A stretch of DNA of 64,000 nucleotides, taken from positions 82,826 through 146,825 of the forward strand of contig CAVSGZ010000007.1 of the NCBI GenBank assembly GCA_963727765.1. The letters run 5' to 3'. The position numbers and the translations under genes are program-made. The notes beneath the pieces are model-generated. The model did not search any database. It saw only the letters and a program-made list of their open reading frames with translations, and had not been told where the DNA came from. This document shows positions 44,252 to 52,203 of this stretch, in pieces (position 1 is the first letter of the stretch; each line of letters starts with the position of its first letter). Source of the stretch: an uncultured Acidobacteriota bacterium (GTDB lineage: Bacteria; Acidobacteriota; Vicinamibacteria; Vicinamibacterales; Fen-181).

Positions 44252-46767
44252 CGCGCGGCCCCCACGCGCTCGAGCAGGTCCGCGTTGCTGACGGCGTGCG
44301 TGGCGAAGTCCACGAGCAGCGTGCGGAGTTCGAATGGCCCGAGCGCCACGGGGAACTCGACGCCAAGCGCGGGGATGCGTACCCGCGTGTCGCGGGCTGT
44401 GCCCGTCGGCTCGAACAGCCGCAGCACGAGCGCACGGCCGTCATCGCTCAGCTTCAGCGCGGACAGCCTCGCCACGTCGTCGCCGAGGACGACACCGGAG
44501 AGCGCCGTCGGCCCGCCGCCCGACGGAAACGCGCACAGCGCCATCAGCTCCTCGGTCCTGACCGCTGCCTCGCGATCGACCGCCCGCAGGCGGTCAGCCC
44601 CCGGGCCGGCATTCAGCCAGAACCTGAACACGTGCTCGCCCTGGTCCTCCCGCGGCTCGAACCGGTCCTGTCTGACAATCGGCGTGACATCGTCCACGGG
44701 GTGGCCGGCGTAAGCCGGGGCGCGCAGGAGTGACAGCCGGACCTCGCCATCAGCCACGTCGAAGCCGTAGGTGGAGTCGTTGACGATCGTCAGCGCGCGC
44801 CCGCCATTGGGCGACAGGACCGCTAGCCAGCGGTGGCCGACCGCTTCTTCACCGCGGGGGCTCACGACCTCGACACCGTAGGCCGTCTGCGTCCGCACCT
44901 CGCCGCCAGCGAGTGTCGTCGGTAGCGCGAGCTTCAGCATCGTGTCCCGCTCGAACCACGACACGCGGACCTCGACCTCGATTTCGGTCCCGGTCGTCGG
45001 AACCATGTACCGGATCACGACCGCCGAGCGGCCGCAGGAGAGCAGCGACTCGATTGTGGTTCGGACCGGGCCGCTCTCGATCACACGAACCGGCGTCAGT
45101 TCGGCAGCCGCCACGCCGGCAAACGCCGCGGCCTCCGCCGCCGACATCAGCGTGAACTCGCCGACGACGTCACGGAACGCCCGCGTCTTCATGCCCCAGG
45201 GATCGGCAGTGTCCCTGACGAGCAGCGGGCGGAAGGCCGGGCCGCGCAGGTACTCCACGCCGTCGACCGCGAACCGCGAGAGCAGGCCGGACGATGACGA
45301 GATGTGAACGTGGGGCGCAGGGCTGAAACCCTGCGGTATCTGGTGATTCGGGCCGTGAGGCGCAGGGCTAAAGCCCTGCGCTATCTCGCGATCCTCGAGG
45401 CGACAGGAGAAGCGGGTGGTGCACGACGGCCGCAGGGACGCCCTGAACACGACGTGCTTCCGCTGGTCGTTCTGGATGTTGCAGCTCTCTTTCTCGAGCT
45501 GGAGAGGAACGTCATGTCCCTGCGCGTCGGTGATGCGCGGCTGCCAGAACACCTTCGGGTTGAAGTTCGGCTCCGGCGGCTGGAACTCGCAGGAGACGAC
45601 GTGGGTGACCGGGAAGGGGTGATGGTTGTGAACGAAGAGCGGGAGCTCGCCGTCGGCGGCGGCAGGCTGTCCACTGAGAAGCGCGAAGAACGCCCTGGCG
45701 CGCAGGCGGCTGACGATCTCGGCACCGTGGCCGAGCCGGTCGAGGGCCTGACGTTCGACTTCGCGAACCGCCTCGCCCGGGAGCACGTCGTGGAACTGAC
45801 AATAGAGCAGGTCTTCGAGGCTCGACCGCAGTTCGGCGCCCGGATAGGGAAGAAGACCCTGGACGGCCGCGTTGGCCAGCATCGACTCGGTGACGAACAG
45901 CAGGCGCTCGAGCCTGGCGTGCGCGCGCTTGACCGTCGCCATCGACGAATAGCACCCAACGGCCCACGGATTGAGGTCGTGGGCGTAGCGGGGAAGTCCG
46001 GCGTCGTCCCTCATGGCGTCGAAGTAGTCCTCTGGCCGCCCATGCTGGACGCGGAAACCGGAAATCACTCCCGGAGTGATTATCGCGGCCAGCGCTCGGA
46101 GGTCACGGCGTGAAGGTCCGCCGCCGTGGTTTCCGACACCCCAGAGCACCATCCCGCGTGGCTGGTCCTGGTGCGCGTCGAGCCAGCGCCGGACCTTGTC
46201 GGCTGCCTTGCCCAGCTCCGAATTGTAGTGCTCGGACGAGCGGTGAGCGAGGACGGTGGATCCGTCAAGTCCCACCCACACGAAGTCGTCCGACGGGAGC
46301 TCGAGCCAGCCGCGGTCGGGGCGGCAGAAGAGGTAGCCGTCGTAGCCCGACTTCGCCAGGATCTGCACGAGCCCGCGCGTGTGGCCGAAAGAGTCGAAGT
46401 TGGCGGCCACACGCGGTTCGACGCCGAACTTCTCCATGAAATAGCGCTTGCCGACGAGGATCTGCCGAACCAGCGACTCACCGGACGGGATGTTGCAGTC
46501 GGGCTGGAGGTACCAGCCGCCCATCACGTGCCAGCGCCCTTCCCGGACCAATTGCTGGATCCCGGCGAAGAGCGAGGGCTCGTACTGCTCGACCCACGAG
46601 TAGAGCAGGGCTTCGTTGTGGCAGAACACGAAGCCGTCGAACTCCCGGCACAGTTCGGCCGCGGCGCGGAAGGTGCCGAGCGTCGCGGCCAGGCCTTCCT
46701 CCCACGGCCACAGCCAGACGGGATCGATGTGGGAGTTGCAGACGAGGAAGACGGTCTTGTCAGCCAT
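44248..46767 (-). CDS. GH38-family alpha-mannosidase
   Basis: ATG 46767 within track ORF 44248..47322. MADKTVFLVCNSHIDPVWLWPWEEG..., GGWYLQPDCNIPSGESLVRQ, NFDSFGH. 839 aa. The upstream 185 codons of the track ORF are Arg/Gly junk overlapping the next gene. Confidence 0.85.
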   Translation of the reverse strand: MADKTVFLVCNSHIDPVWLWPWEEGLAATLGTFRAAAELCREFDGFVFCHNEALLYSWVEQYEPSLFAGIQQLVREGRWHVMGGWYLQPDCNIPSGESLVRQILVGKRYFMEKFGVEPRVAANFDSFGHTRGLVQILAKSGYDGYLFCRPDRGWLELPSDDFVWVGLDGSTVLAHRSSEHYNSELGKAADKVRRWLDAHQDQPRGMVLWGVGNHGGGPSRRDLRALAAIITPGVISGFRVQHGRPEDYFDAMRDDAGLPRYAHDLNPWAVGCYSSMATVKRAHARLERLLFVTESMLANAAVQGLLPYPGAELRSSLEDLLYCQFHDVLPGEAVREVERQALDRLGHGAEIVSRLRARAFFALLSGQPAAADGELPLFVHNHHPFPVTHVVSCEFQPPEPNFNPKVFWQPRITDAQGHDVPLQLEKESCNIQNDQRKHVVFRASLRPSCTTRFSCRLEDREIAQGFSPAPHGPNHQIPQGFSPAPHVHISSSSGLLSRFAVDGVEYLRGPAFRPLLVRDTADPWGMKTRAFRDVVGEFTLMSAAEAAAFAGVAAAELTPVRVIESGPVRTTIESLLSCGRSAVVIRYMVPTTGTEIEVEVRVSWFERDTMLKLALPTTLAGGEVRTQTAYGVEVVSPRGEEAVGHRWLAVLSPNGGRALTIVNDSTYGFDVADGEVRLSLLRAPAYAGHPVDDVTPIVRQDRFEPREDQGEHVFRFWLNAGPGADRLRAVDREAAVRTEELMALCAFPSGGGPTALSGVVLGDDVARLSALKLSDDGRALVLRLFEPTGTARDTRVRIPALGVEFPVALGPFELRTLLVDFATHAVSNADLLERVGAAR
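45310..45387 (-). repeat. two tandem REP-like palindromic elements (copies A and B) inside the GH38 coding sequence, in frame
   Basis: 78 nt (26 codons), read as EIAQGFSPAPHGPNHQIPQGFSPAPH. Each unit carries the GCGCAGGG(C/T)-TTYA-GCCCTGCG hairpin seen at 36688-36716. Confidence 0.75.
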
Positions 46768-46772
46768 CGGCG

Positions 46773-48800
46773 TCAACCACGCGGAAGCACGATCTCGACC
46801 TCGACTTCGTCGCCGCTCGCCGAGGCGTTGGGCACGGCGACTTCGCCGGAGACACGCTCGGCCACAACCCGACCGCCCACCTTGACCCGGGCCACCGGCG
46901 CTCGCGCGGCCTCGCGGCTGACCTTCACGTCCAGCGTCCCCGAGCCGTAGGGCATGCGCCCTGCTGCGTAATCGAGGCCGGGCAGCAGCGCCGGCCTGAC
47001 GGTCGGGCCGTCGGCCCCGGCACGCACGCCGAGGATCTGCTCGACCAGCAGGGCCAGCATCTCGGACCACGTCCAGGGAATGACGCCGACCTGGGGATAC
47101 GGCGGCGAGGATCGAGGACCGTAGAACTCGAACCACGAGCCCGCCGGCGCACCAGTGGCTCGGTCGAGCCACCGGAGGACCCGCCATGCCCGGTCCGGCA
47201 CGCCGCATTCCACCGCCGCCCGTGCCACGAAGATCGAGGCGAAGGGCCAACCGCCGGGCGAATCGGGCTCGGACGACGCATGGTAGCGGCCGTAGCCTCC
47301 GTCTTCCCACTCCTGATTCCACAACGGTTCGACGCTGTCGAGCGTCCGGCGAGCGAGCGGGGAGTCCGGAGCGACGAAACCCGTTACGATCGGCATTGTG
47401 ACGCAGGTGTCCGGATTCAGCCAGTGAGCGCCCGGTCGCAGCAGCGGCACACCCGCGGGCATCAGAGAACCCGGGACCGGCTCGATGCGGTCCTGCACGG
47501 TGCCGTCCAGGTTCTTGCGCTTCACGAGTACGCCATCGACGACCATGCCGTACCTCGGGTCCGTCAGCGTCGTGGCGCGGAGGCGCTCGGCATTCGACGC
47601 CCAGCGTGCCGCTCGCTCGGGCTGGCTCATCCTGACCGCGAGCCTCGAGGCCGCGCGCAGCCCGATCGACACGTACACCTGGTGGACCAGCTCCAGGCCG
47701 GGCCGGATGCCATGAATCCGGTGCCGTTCCCAGAACTCCCGCGCGTTCGAGAGCAGCCCGCTCTCCGGGTGGGCGAACTCCTCACGCAGCGGGTACTCCG
47801 CGAGGGCTTCGATCCGGGGCCAATGCGCCGAAACGAGCGAAAGGTCGCCGGTCCACCGGACGTACTGCTCCAGCGCGTTCAGGAGGACGCCGTTCTGATC
47901 GAGCTCGGCTTCGTCCGGCCCGCGCACCTCGCTCGAGTCCATCGCGCCGCCCTCGGGCGTGATGAACTCGCGGAGGAGACGGTCGAGCAGGCAGGCGGCG
48001 CCTTCGCGGTCGCCCGCCATCAGGAACCCGGTCGAGACAAACGCCTGGTCCCGAACCCACTCCCGGTTGTACTGCCAGATGCTCGCGTCCATCCGCCCGG
48101 CCGCCGATTTCGCAGCCGCCAACTGGCAGTGGCTGATGCGCGCGAAGCGATCGAGCAGCGGGTCACCGAACGTAAAGCGCGACGCACGCCCCCAGCGTTC
48201 GCGCGCCGCATCCGCGACAGGGCAGTTCTCGACATGCACCTCGACCCGCTCGGCCCCGGGAACGATCTCGTAGACGAAGCACGCCAGGGCGGCGCCGGCC
48301 TCCCTCTCGATGGCGGCCGTGCTGCCGCCGGCGCTGGTGCTCGCCCGGACCGGTCCGCAACCGGAGGAACAACGGACGCGAACCTCCCGGGCCAGCCGTG
48401 GCGAATTGGTGTCCGGGCAGAAGAACAGTTCGGAGACCTCGCCGCCGGACCAGCTCCAGACAGCCTCGATGGCGGGCACGCCGTCATGGGTCGTCCAGGT
48501 CACGCGTGTGGCGTTCGCCCTCGCACGATGTGACTCGCCGTTGGCCTCCACGCGGACCAGGGTGGCGTCAAGCCCCCGAGCCAGGTCCATCGTTAACGCT
48601 TCGCGCTTCTTCCCAAGCCGGTCGGGATCCATCAACAGCAGGCCCAGTGGCGTGCCCTCTTCGGACGGTGCCCACTGGACGGCCGCCTGGATGTGGCCGT
48701 TTCCGAGGAAGAAGTAGGAGACCTCCCGCAGCCGCGTCCGGACGTCCGGGTGGCCGAGGTTCGGGTCGTCGTCGTAGACGTGCTCTGACGGGTTGATCAT
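46773..48800 (-). CDS. GH15-like (glucoamylase/glucodextranase superfamily) glycoside hydrolase
   Basis: 675 aa. Beta-sandwich N-domain plus an (alpha/alpha)6 domain. WQYNREWVRDQAF and ELDQNGVLLNALEQYVRWTGD resemble GH15 motifs. Confidence 0.65.
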   Translation of the reverse strand: MINPSEHVYDDDPNLGHPDVRTRLREVSYFFLGNGHIQAAVQWAPSEEGTPLGLLLMDPDRLGKKREALTMDLARGLDATLVRVEANGESHRARANATRVTWTTHDGVPAIEAVWSWSGGEVSELFFCPDTNSPRLAREVRVRCSSGCGPVRASTSAGGSTAAIEREAGAALACFVYEIVPGAERVEVHVENCPVADAARERWGRASRFTFGDPLLDRFARISHCQLAAAKSAAGRMDASIWQYNREWVRDQAFVSTGFLMAGDREGAACLLDRLLREFITPEGGAMDSSEVRGPDEAELDQNGVLLNALEQYVRWTGDLSLVSAHWPRIEALAEYPLREEFAHPESGLLSNAREFWERHRIHGIRPGLELVHQVYVSIGLRAASRLAVRMSQPERAARWASNAERLRATTLTDPRYGMVVDGVLVKRKNLDGTVQDRIEPVPGSLMPAGVPLLRPGAHWLNPDTCVTMPIVTGFVAPDSPLARRTLDSVEPLWNQEWEDGGYGRYHASSEPDSPGGWPFASIFVARAAVECGVPDRAWRVLRWLDRATGAPAGSWFEFYGPRSSPPYPQVGVIPWTWSEMLALLVEQILGVRAGADGPTVRPALLPGLDYAAGRMPYGSGTLDVKVSREAARAPVARVKVGGRVVAERVSGEVAVPNASASGDEVEVEIVLPRG

Positions 48801-48812
48801 GGCGGTCTCGCG

Positions 48813-49832
48813 CTACAGGCTGCCCGCTGAGGCCGGGCGCCCTTCGACCAGGGCGGCGAGCGCAGCCAGGTCGGCGGCCATGCGGGCCTCGGCGACGCGC
48901 GGCCATTCTTCCCGCGGGAGGGGCCGGCTCGAAGGCTGCCGCGCCGTCTGCTCGGCGAGCGCGGTCAGGCTGGCGAACTCCCGCACCGTCAGGTCGGGGA
49001 ACTTTGACAGGAACGTCGGGTCAAACACCGGCAGCAGGAAGCTGCCTCCGTGGTCTTCGACCGACAAGTGCACGGGCCGGTCGAGCGACGCGACGAGATC
49101 GATGATGGCCGGAAGGTCGACAATCCCGGAGCCGAGCGGTGTCGTGAACGTCGTGAAGCCGGAGGAATCGAGGGCGATGGCGCCGTCCTTGATGTGCGTG
49201 CTGACCACCCACGGCAGCAGCCGTCTGGTGGCTGCCACGGGCTCTTCGAGCATCGTCAGCAGGTTCACCGTGTCGAGACAGACGCCCAGCCAGCCGCCCG
49301 GCGGCGCCTCGCACATGTCGAAGAGCCGGAGGAGTTCGTGCGAGGTGAACTCGAAATGCGTCTCGATGGCGAGCGTCACGCCCGCGTCCTGCCACATCGA
49401 CGCCTGCGCGCGCAGGGCGTGCGCCGTTTCGCCGAGCAGCGTTTCGGTCGTCGGCGCCTCGTCGTGCCACCGCATCAACCCGCCCGAGCACGACCTGACG
49501 ATGCGCGCGCCCAGGGCCAGCGCCTGCCGAATCGTCTGGCGGTTGCCATCGACGATGTCCTTGGGCAACCACGTGGTGAGATCCCGCGGGACGTGCTGCG
49601 CGCCGCCCCACTCGAGGTAGAGCCCGCGCTCTCCGGCGGAGTCCCTCAACCGTTCGAGCGCGGTGGCATCGAGGGCGGCCTCGTGTTCGGGCTGGAGCCC
49701 GGAGAAGGCGACTCCCTCGGCGCGGTGGGCCTCCGCCCATCGCAGCGTGGCGAGCGGAGTAAGGCTCAGCGGAAACAGACCGTAGTTGTCGATGCCGACC
49801 CGGTGCCGTCTCCTCGTGACGTTGGCGCTCAT
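48813..49832 (-). CDS. xylose-isomerase-like TIM-barrel protein (sugar phosphate isomerase/epimerase family)
   Basis: ATG 49832 (ATGA overlap with the SSF stop). Only the last 339 codons of track ORF 48813..51701 are used. ...VTLAIETHFE..., ...VVSTHIKDG.... Confidence 0.75.
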   Translation of the reverse strand: MSANVTRRRHRVGIDNYGLFPLSLTPLATLRWAEAHRAEGVAFSGLQPEHEAALDATALERLRDSAGERGLYLEWGGAQHVPRDLTTWLPKDIVDGNRQTIRQALALGARIVRSCSGGLMRWHDEAPTTETLLGETAHALRAQASMWQDAGVTLAIETHFEFTSHELLRLFDMCEAPPGGWLGVCLDTVNLLTMLEEPVAATRRLLPWVVSTHIKDGAIALDSSGFTTFTTPLGSGIVDLPAIIDLVASLDRPVHLSVEDHGGSFLLPVFDPTFLSKFPDLTVREFASLTALAEQTARQPSSRPLPREEWPRVAEARMAADLAALAALVEGRPASAGSL

Positions 49833-51937
49833 TGGACGTTCACCATCACCCACAGCAGCGCCAGGACCACTCCGACCAGGCCGCAGGTGCCGAAGAACCC
49901 GATGTAGTCGCTCGGCGCCGGCTTCAGGATCTCCCAGCCGGTGCCCGGGAAGAGCTTGTCCGAGTCGAACCTGCCGGGGTCGGCGTAGGACGCTTCGACC
50001 GCGGCCCGGTCGGCCTCGGCGGTCGCCTGGACCGGCGTGTGGACTCGCGCGAAGAAGCGATCGAGGGTCGGCTTGGGCACCGACGGCGTGACGTAGGAGA
50101 ACGCGACGAGCAGGACGAACGGGAAGAGCGCGTCGAAGAAGAACCGGACAGCCAGTAACTGCGGCTTGCTCGAATGGCTGAAGTCGGCGCCGAACCAAGT
50201 CAGGATCCAGACCTCGGCGTTGAACCGGCCGAGGCCGATCCGCGGCGAATCGGGATCGGCCGGATTCGTGCGTGCGACGCGGTCGAAGAAGATCCCCACC
50301 GGCGCCATTTGGAGAGTGCCCGTCACCGGGTCGCCGACGGCCGCTGCCCGGCCTTGGGCGACGTCGGCAGCCGTCGCCTTCGAGACCACCTGGACAGACC
50401 TGGCCGCCGTCTCGGCCAGGAAGGCGGGCCGGCGGCTGGCCCACTCCATCGACGAGAAGGCCGTCGGCACCAGCGCGTAGACGATCAGGCAGACCGCCAC
50501 CTGCAGGATGACGGCCGACTTGGTGACGCGCCGCCAGAGGAACCCGAGCCAGATCGACGCGCCGAAGATCGCCGGGATCGAGATGATGTACTGGAAGAGC
50601 CCGAGCAGACTGTCGGCGACCAGCGCCACCACGATGCCGCCCACCAGCGTGACCGCCACCATGATCCGCCCCACCACCAGGTAGTGCCGGTCGGACCGGT
50701 CGCGGACCCACGGCTTGTAGAGGTTGCGGATGAAGAGCGCGGAATGGGAGACCGCCGACGCGCCCAGCCAGGACATGCTGCCCGAGAGGACACCGACGAG
50801 CATCAGGCCGATGGCGCCCGGCCAGAGCAGGTCGCGCGTCATCACGCCCCAGATCAGGTCGGGATCGTGCAGGCCGTCGGCGTAGATCGCGATGGCCAGC
50901 AGTCCGGCAAACGCCCAGCACAGCATCAGGAGGCGCTTGAGGAACATGCCGCCGATCATCCCGACGCGCGCCGCGAACTCGTTGGTCGCCGATCCGGCCG
51001 TCTGCATTCCCGAGACGACCGCGACGATCGACACGAGATTGGCCAGCACCATCCCGACGATGGTGTACCACGCGTAGTCGCTCAGCGTGGCCGACCCGAA
51101 CAGCTGGAACAGGTGCGCGGGGACGCGCGCGTGAAGGCCTGCCAGCCCTCCGACGTGGGAAAGCCCGACCGGGATCAGCAGCACCGAGAAGATCACGATC
51201 AGCGTCCCCTGGATGGCGTCGGTCAGGGCCGCCGCCCGGAAGCCTCCGAGCATCGTGTAGATACCCACGATGAGCACGTACACGACGTAGAACCAGGTCT
51301 CGTCGACGTAGGACACGAACGACCGCAGTTCTCCGCGCTTCTCCTTTTCGCGCAGCTCGTCGGCACGGGCCCGTTGGGTGGTCGAGAGCGACAGTGCCGG
51401 GCGCGCCTCGAGCCCCCTGAGCTCCGCAAGTTCCGTGATGCTCTGGCGCTCGGCCGGCGTGCACAGTTCGACCGGCTTGGGTGTCATCGCCACGGCCGTC
51501 TTGGCCGCCACCAGATAGCCGATGCCGCCGCCGATCAGCGCCGACAGCACGAGCGTGAACACCGCGTAGGACGCCGCGAGGAACTGGCTCTCGAACCGCT
51601 CGGCGAAGTAGTCGCCCACCGTCGTGAGCCGCACGCGGCGGAAGAGCATCACCGTGAACCAGTAGAACGGCGTGAGGAAGAGCACCAGCGACTGGATCCA
51701 CATCCCGCCGATGCCCTGGCGATAGACCTCGCGCGAGACCGCCACGGCCTGGTCGGCATGCGTGGAGGTGCCGAAGTTCAGGAAGAACTGGAAGGCTTTC
51801 CCGAGCTTGCGGCCCGCCAGGAAGAAATCATCGAGCGTCGCGACGCGGGCGGCCGCCCGCTTGCCGAGCCAGAGGACGACGGCCAGGTAGACGACAACGA
51901 GCCCGAGGTCGATGGGGTGGAGGCCCCAGAGCTGCAT
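49829..51937 (-). CDS. sodium:solute symporter (SSF) family transporter, long form (702 aa)
   Basis: AGGAG RBS. MQLWGLHPIDLGLVVVYLAVVLWLGKRAA...DDFFLAGRKLG. Many TM helices, plus two large soluble insertions. Confidence 0.85.
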   Translation of the reverse strand: MQLWGLHPIDLGLVVVYLAVVLWLGKRAAARVATLDDFFLAGRKLGKAFQFFLNFGTSTHADQAVAVSREVYRQGIGGMWIQSLVLFLTPFYWFTVMLFRRVRLTTVGDYFAERFESQFLAASYAVFTLVLSALIGGGIGYLVAAKTAVAMTPKPVELCTPAERQSITELAELRGLEARPALSLSTTQRARADELREKEKRGELRSFVSYVDETWFYVVYVLIVGIYTMLGGFRAAALTDAIQGTLIVIFSVLLIPVGLSHVGGLAGLHARVPAHLFQLFGSATLSDYAWYTIVGMVLANLVSIVAVVSGMQTAGSATNEFAARVGMIGGMFLKRLLMLCWAFAGLLAIAIYADGLHDPDLIWGVMTRDLLWPGAIGLMLVGVLSGSMSWLGASAVSHSALFIRNLYKPWVRDRSDRHYLVVGRIMVAVTLVGGIVVALVADSLLGLFQYIISIPAIFGASIWLGFLWRRVTKSAVILQVAVCLIVYALVPTAFSSMEWASRRPAFLAETAARSVQVVSKATAADVAQGRAAAVGDPVTGTLQMAPVGIFFDRVARTNPADPDSPRIGLGRFNAEVWILTWFGADFSHSSKPQLLAVRFFFDALFPFVLLVAFSYVTPSVPKPTLDRFFARVHTPVQATAEADRAAVEASYADPGRFDSDKLFPGTGWEILKPAPSDYIGFFGTCGLVGVVLALLWVMVNVQ

Positions 51938-52203
51938 GCGGCTCCTGATGGAGAGGGCAGAGGGCGGAGTGATTCTCCCTGACGGGCAGGGACGGCGTCA
52001 ATCGAACTCGTCAGTCTGCTCGGGCGCCGACCGCTTCAGTGCCCGCCCGCGCCGGTTCCGCGGGCGCAACTAGCCGCGGCGGCGCGGTGCTACAATGCCG
52101 GCGGTCGTCTCATGCCCTTTTCAGCCGGCGCCCACCTCGGCCCGTACGAGATTGACTCAGCCGCCGCAATGCTCGCCGCCTGTCCGCAGGAGGGGTTCGC
52201 GCA

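Noticed and set aside
48813-51701. 962-aa ORF and other N-terminal extensions (44248..47322, 36704..38284, 28113..29498, 31074..32471, 32155..33255)
   Set aside because: In each case only the C-terminal part, starting at a start codon with an RBS and/or an ATGA overlap, shows family motifs. The upstream extension overlaps the preceding well-supported gene in another frame.
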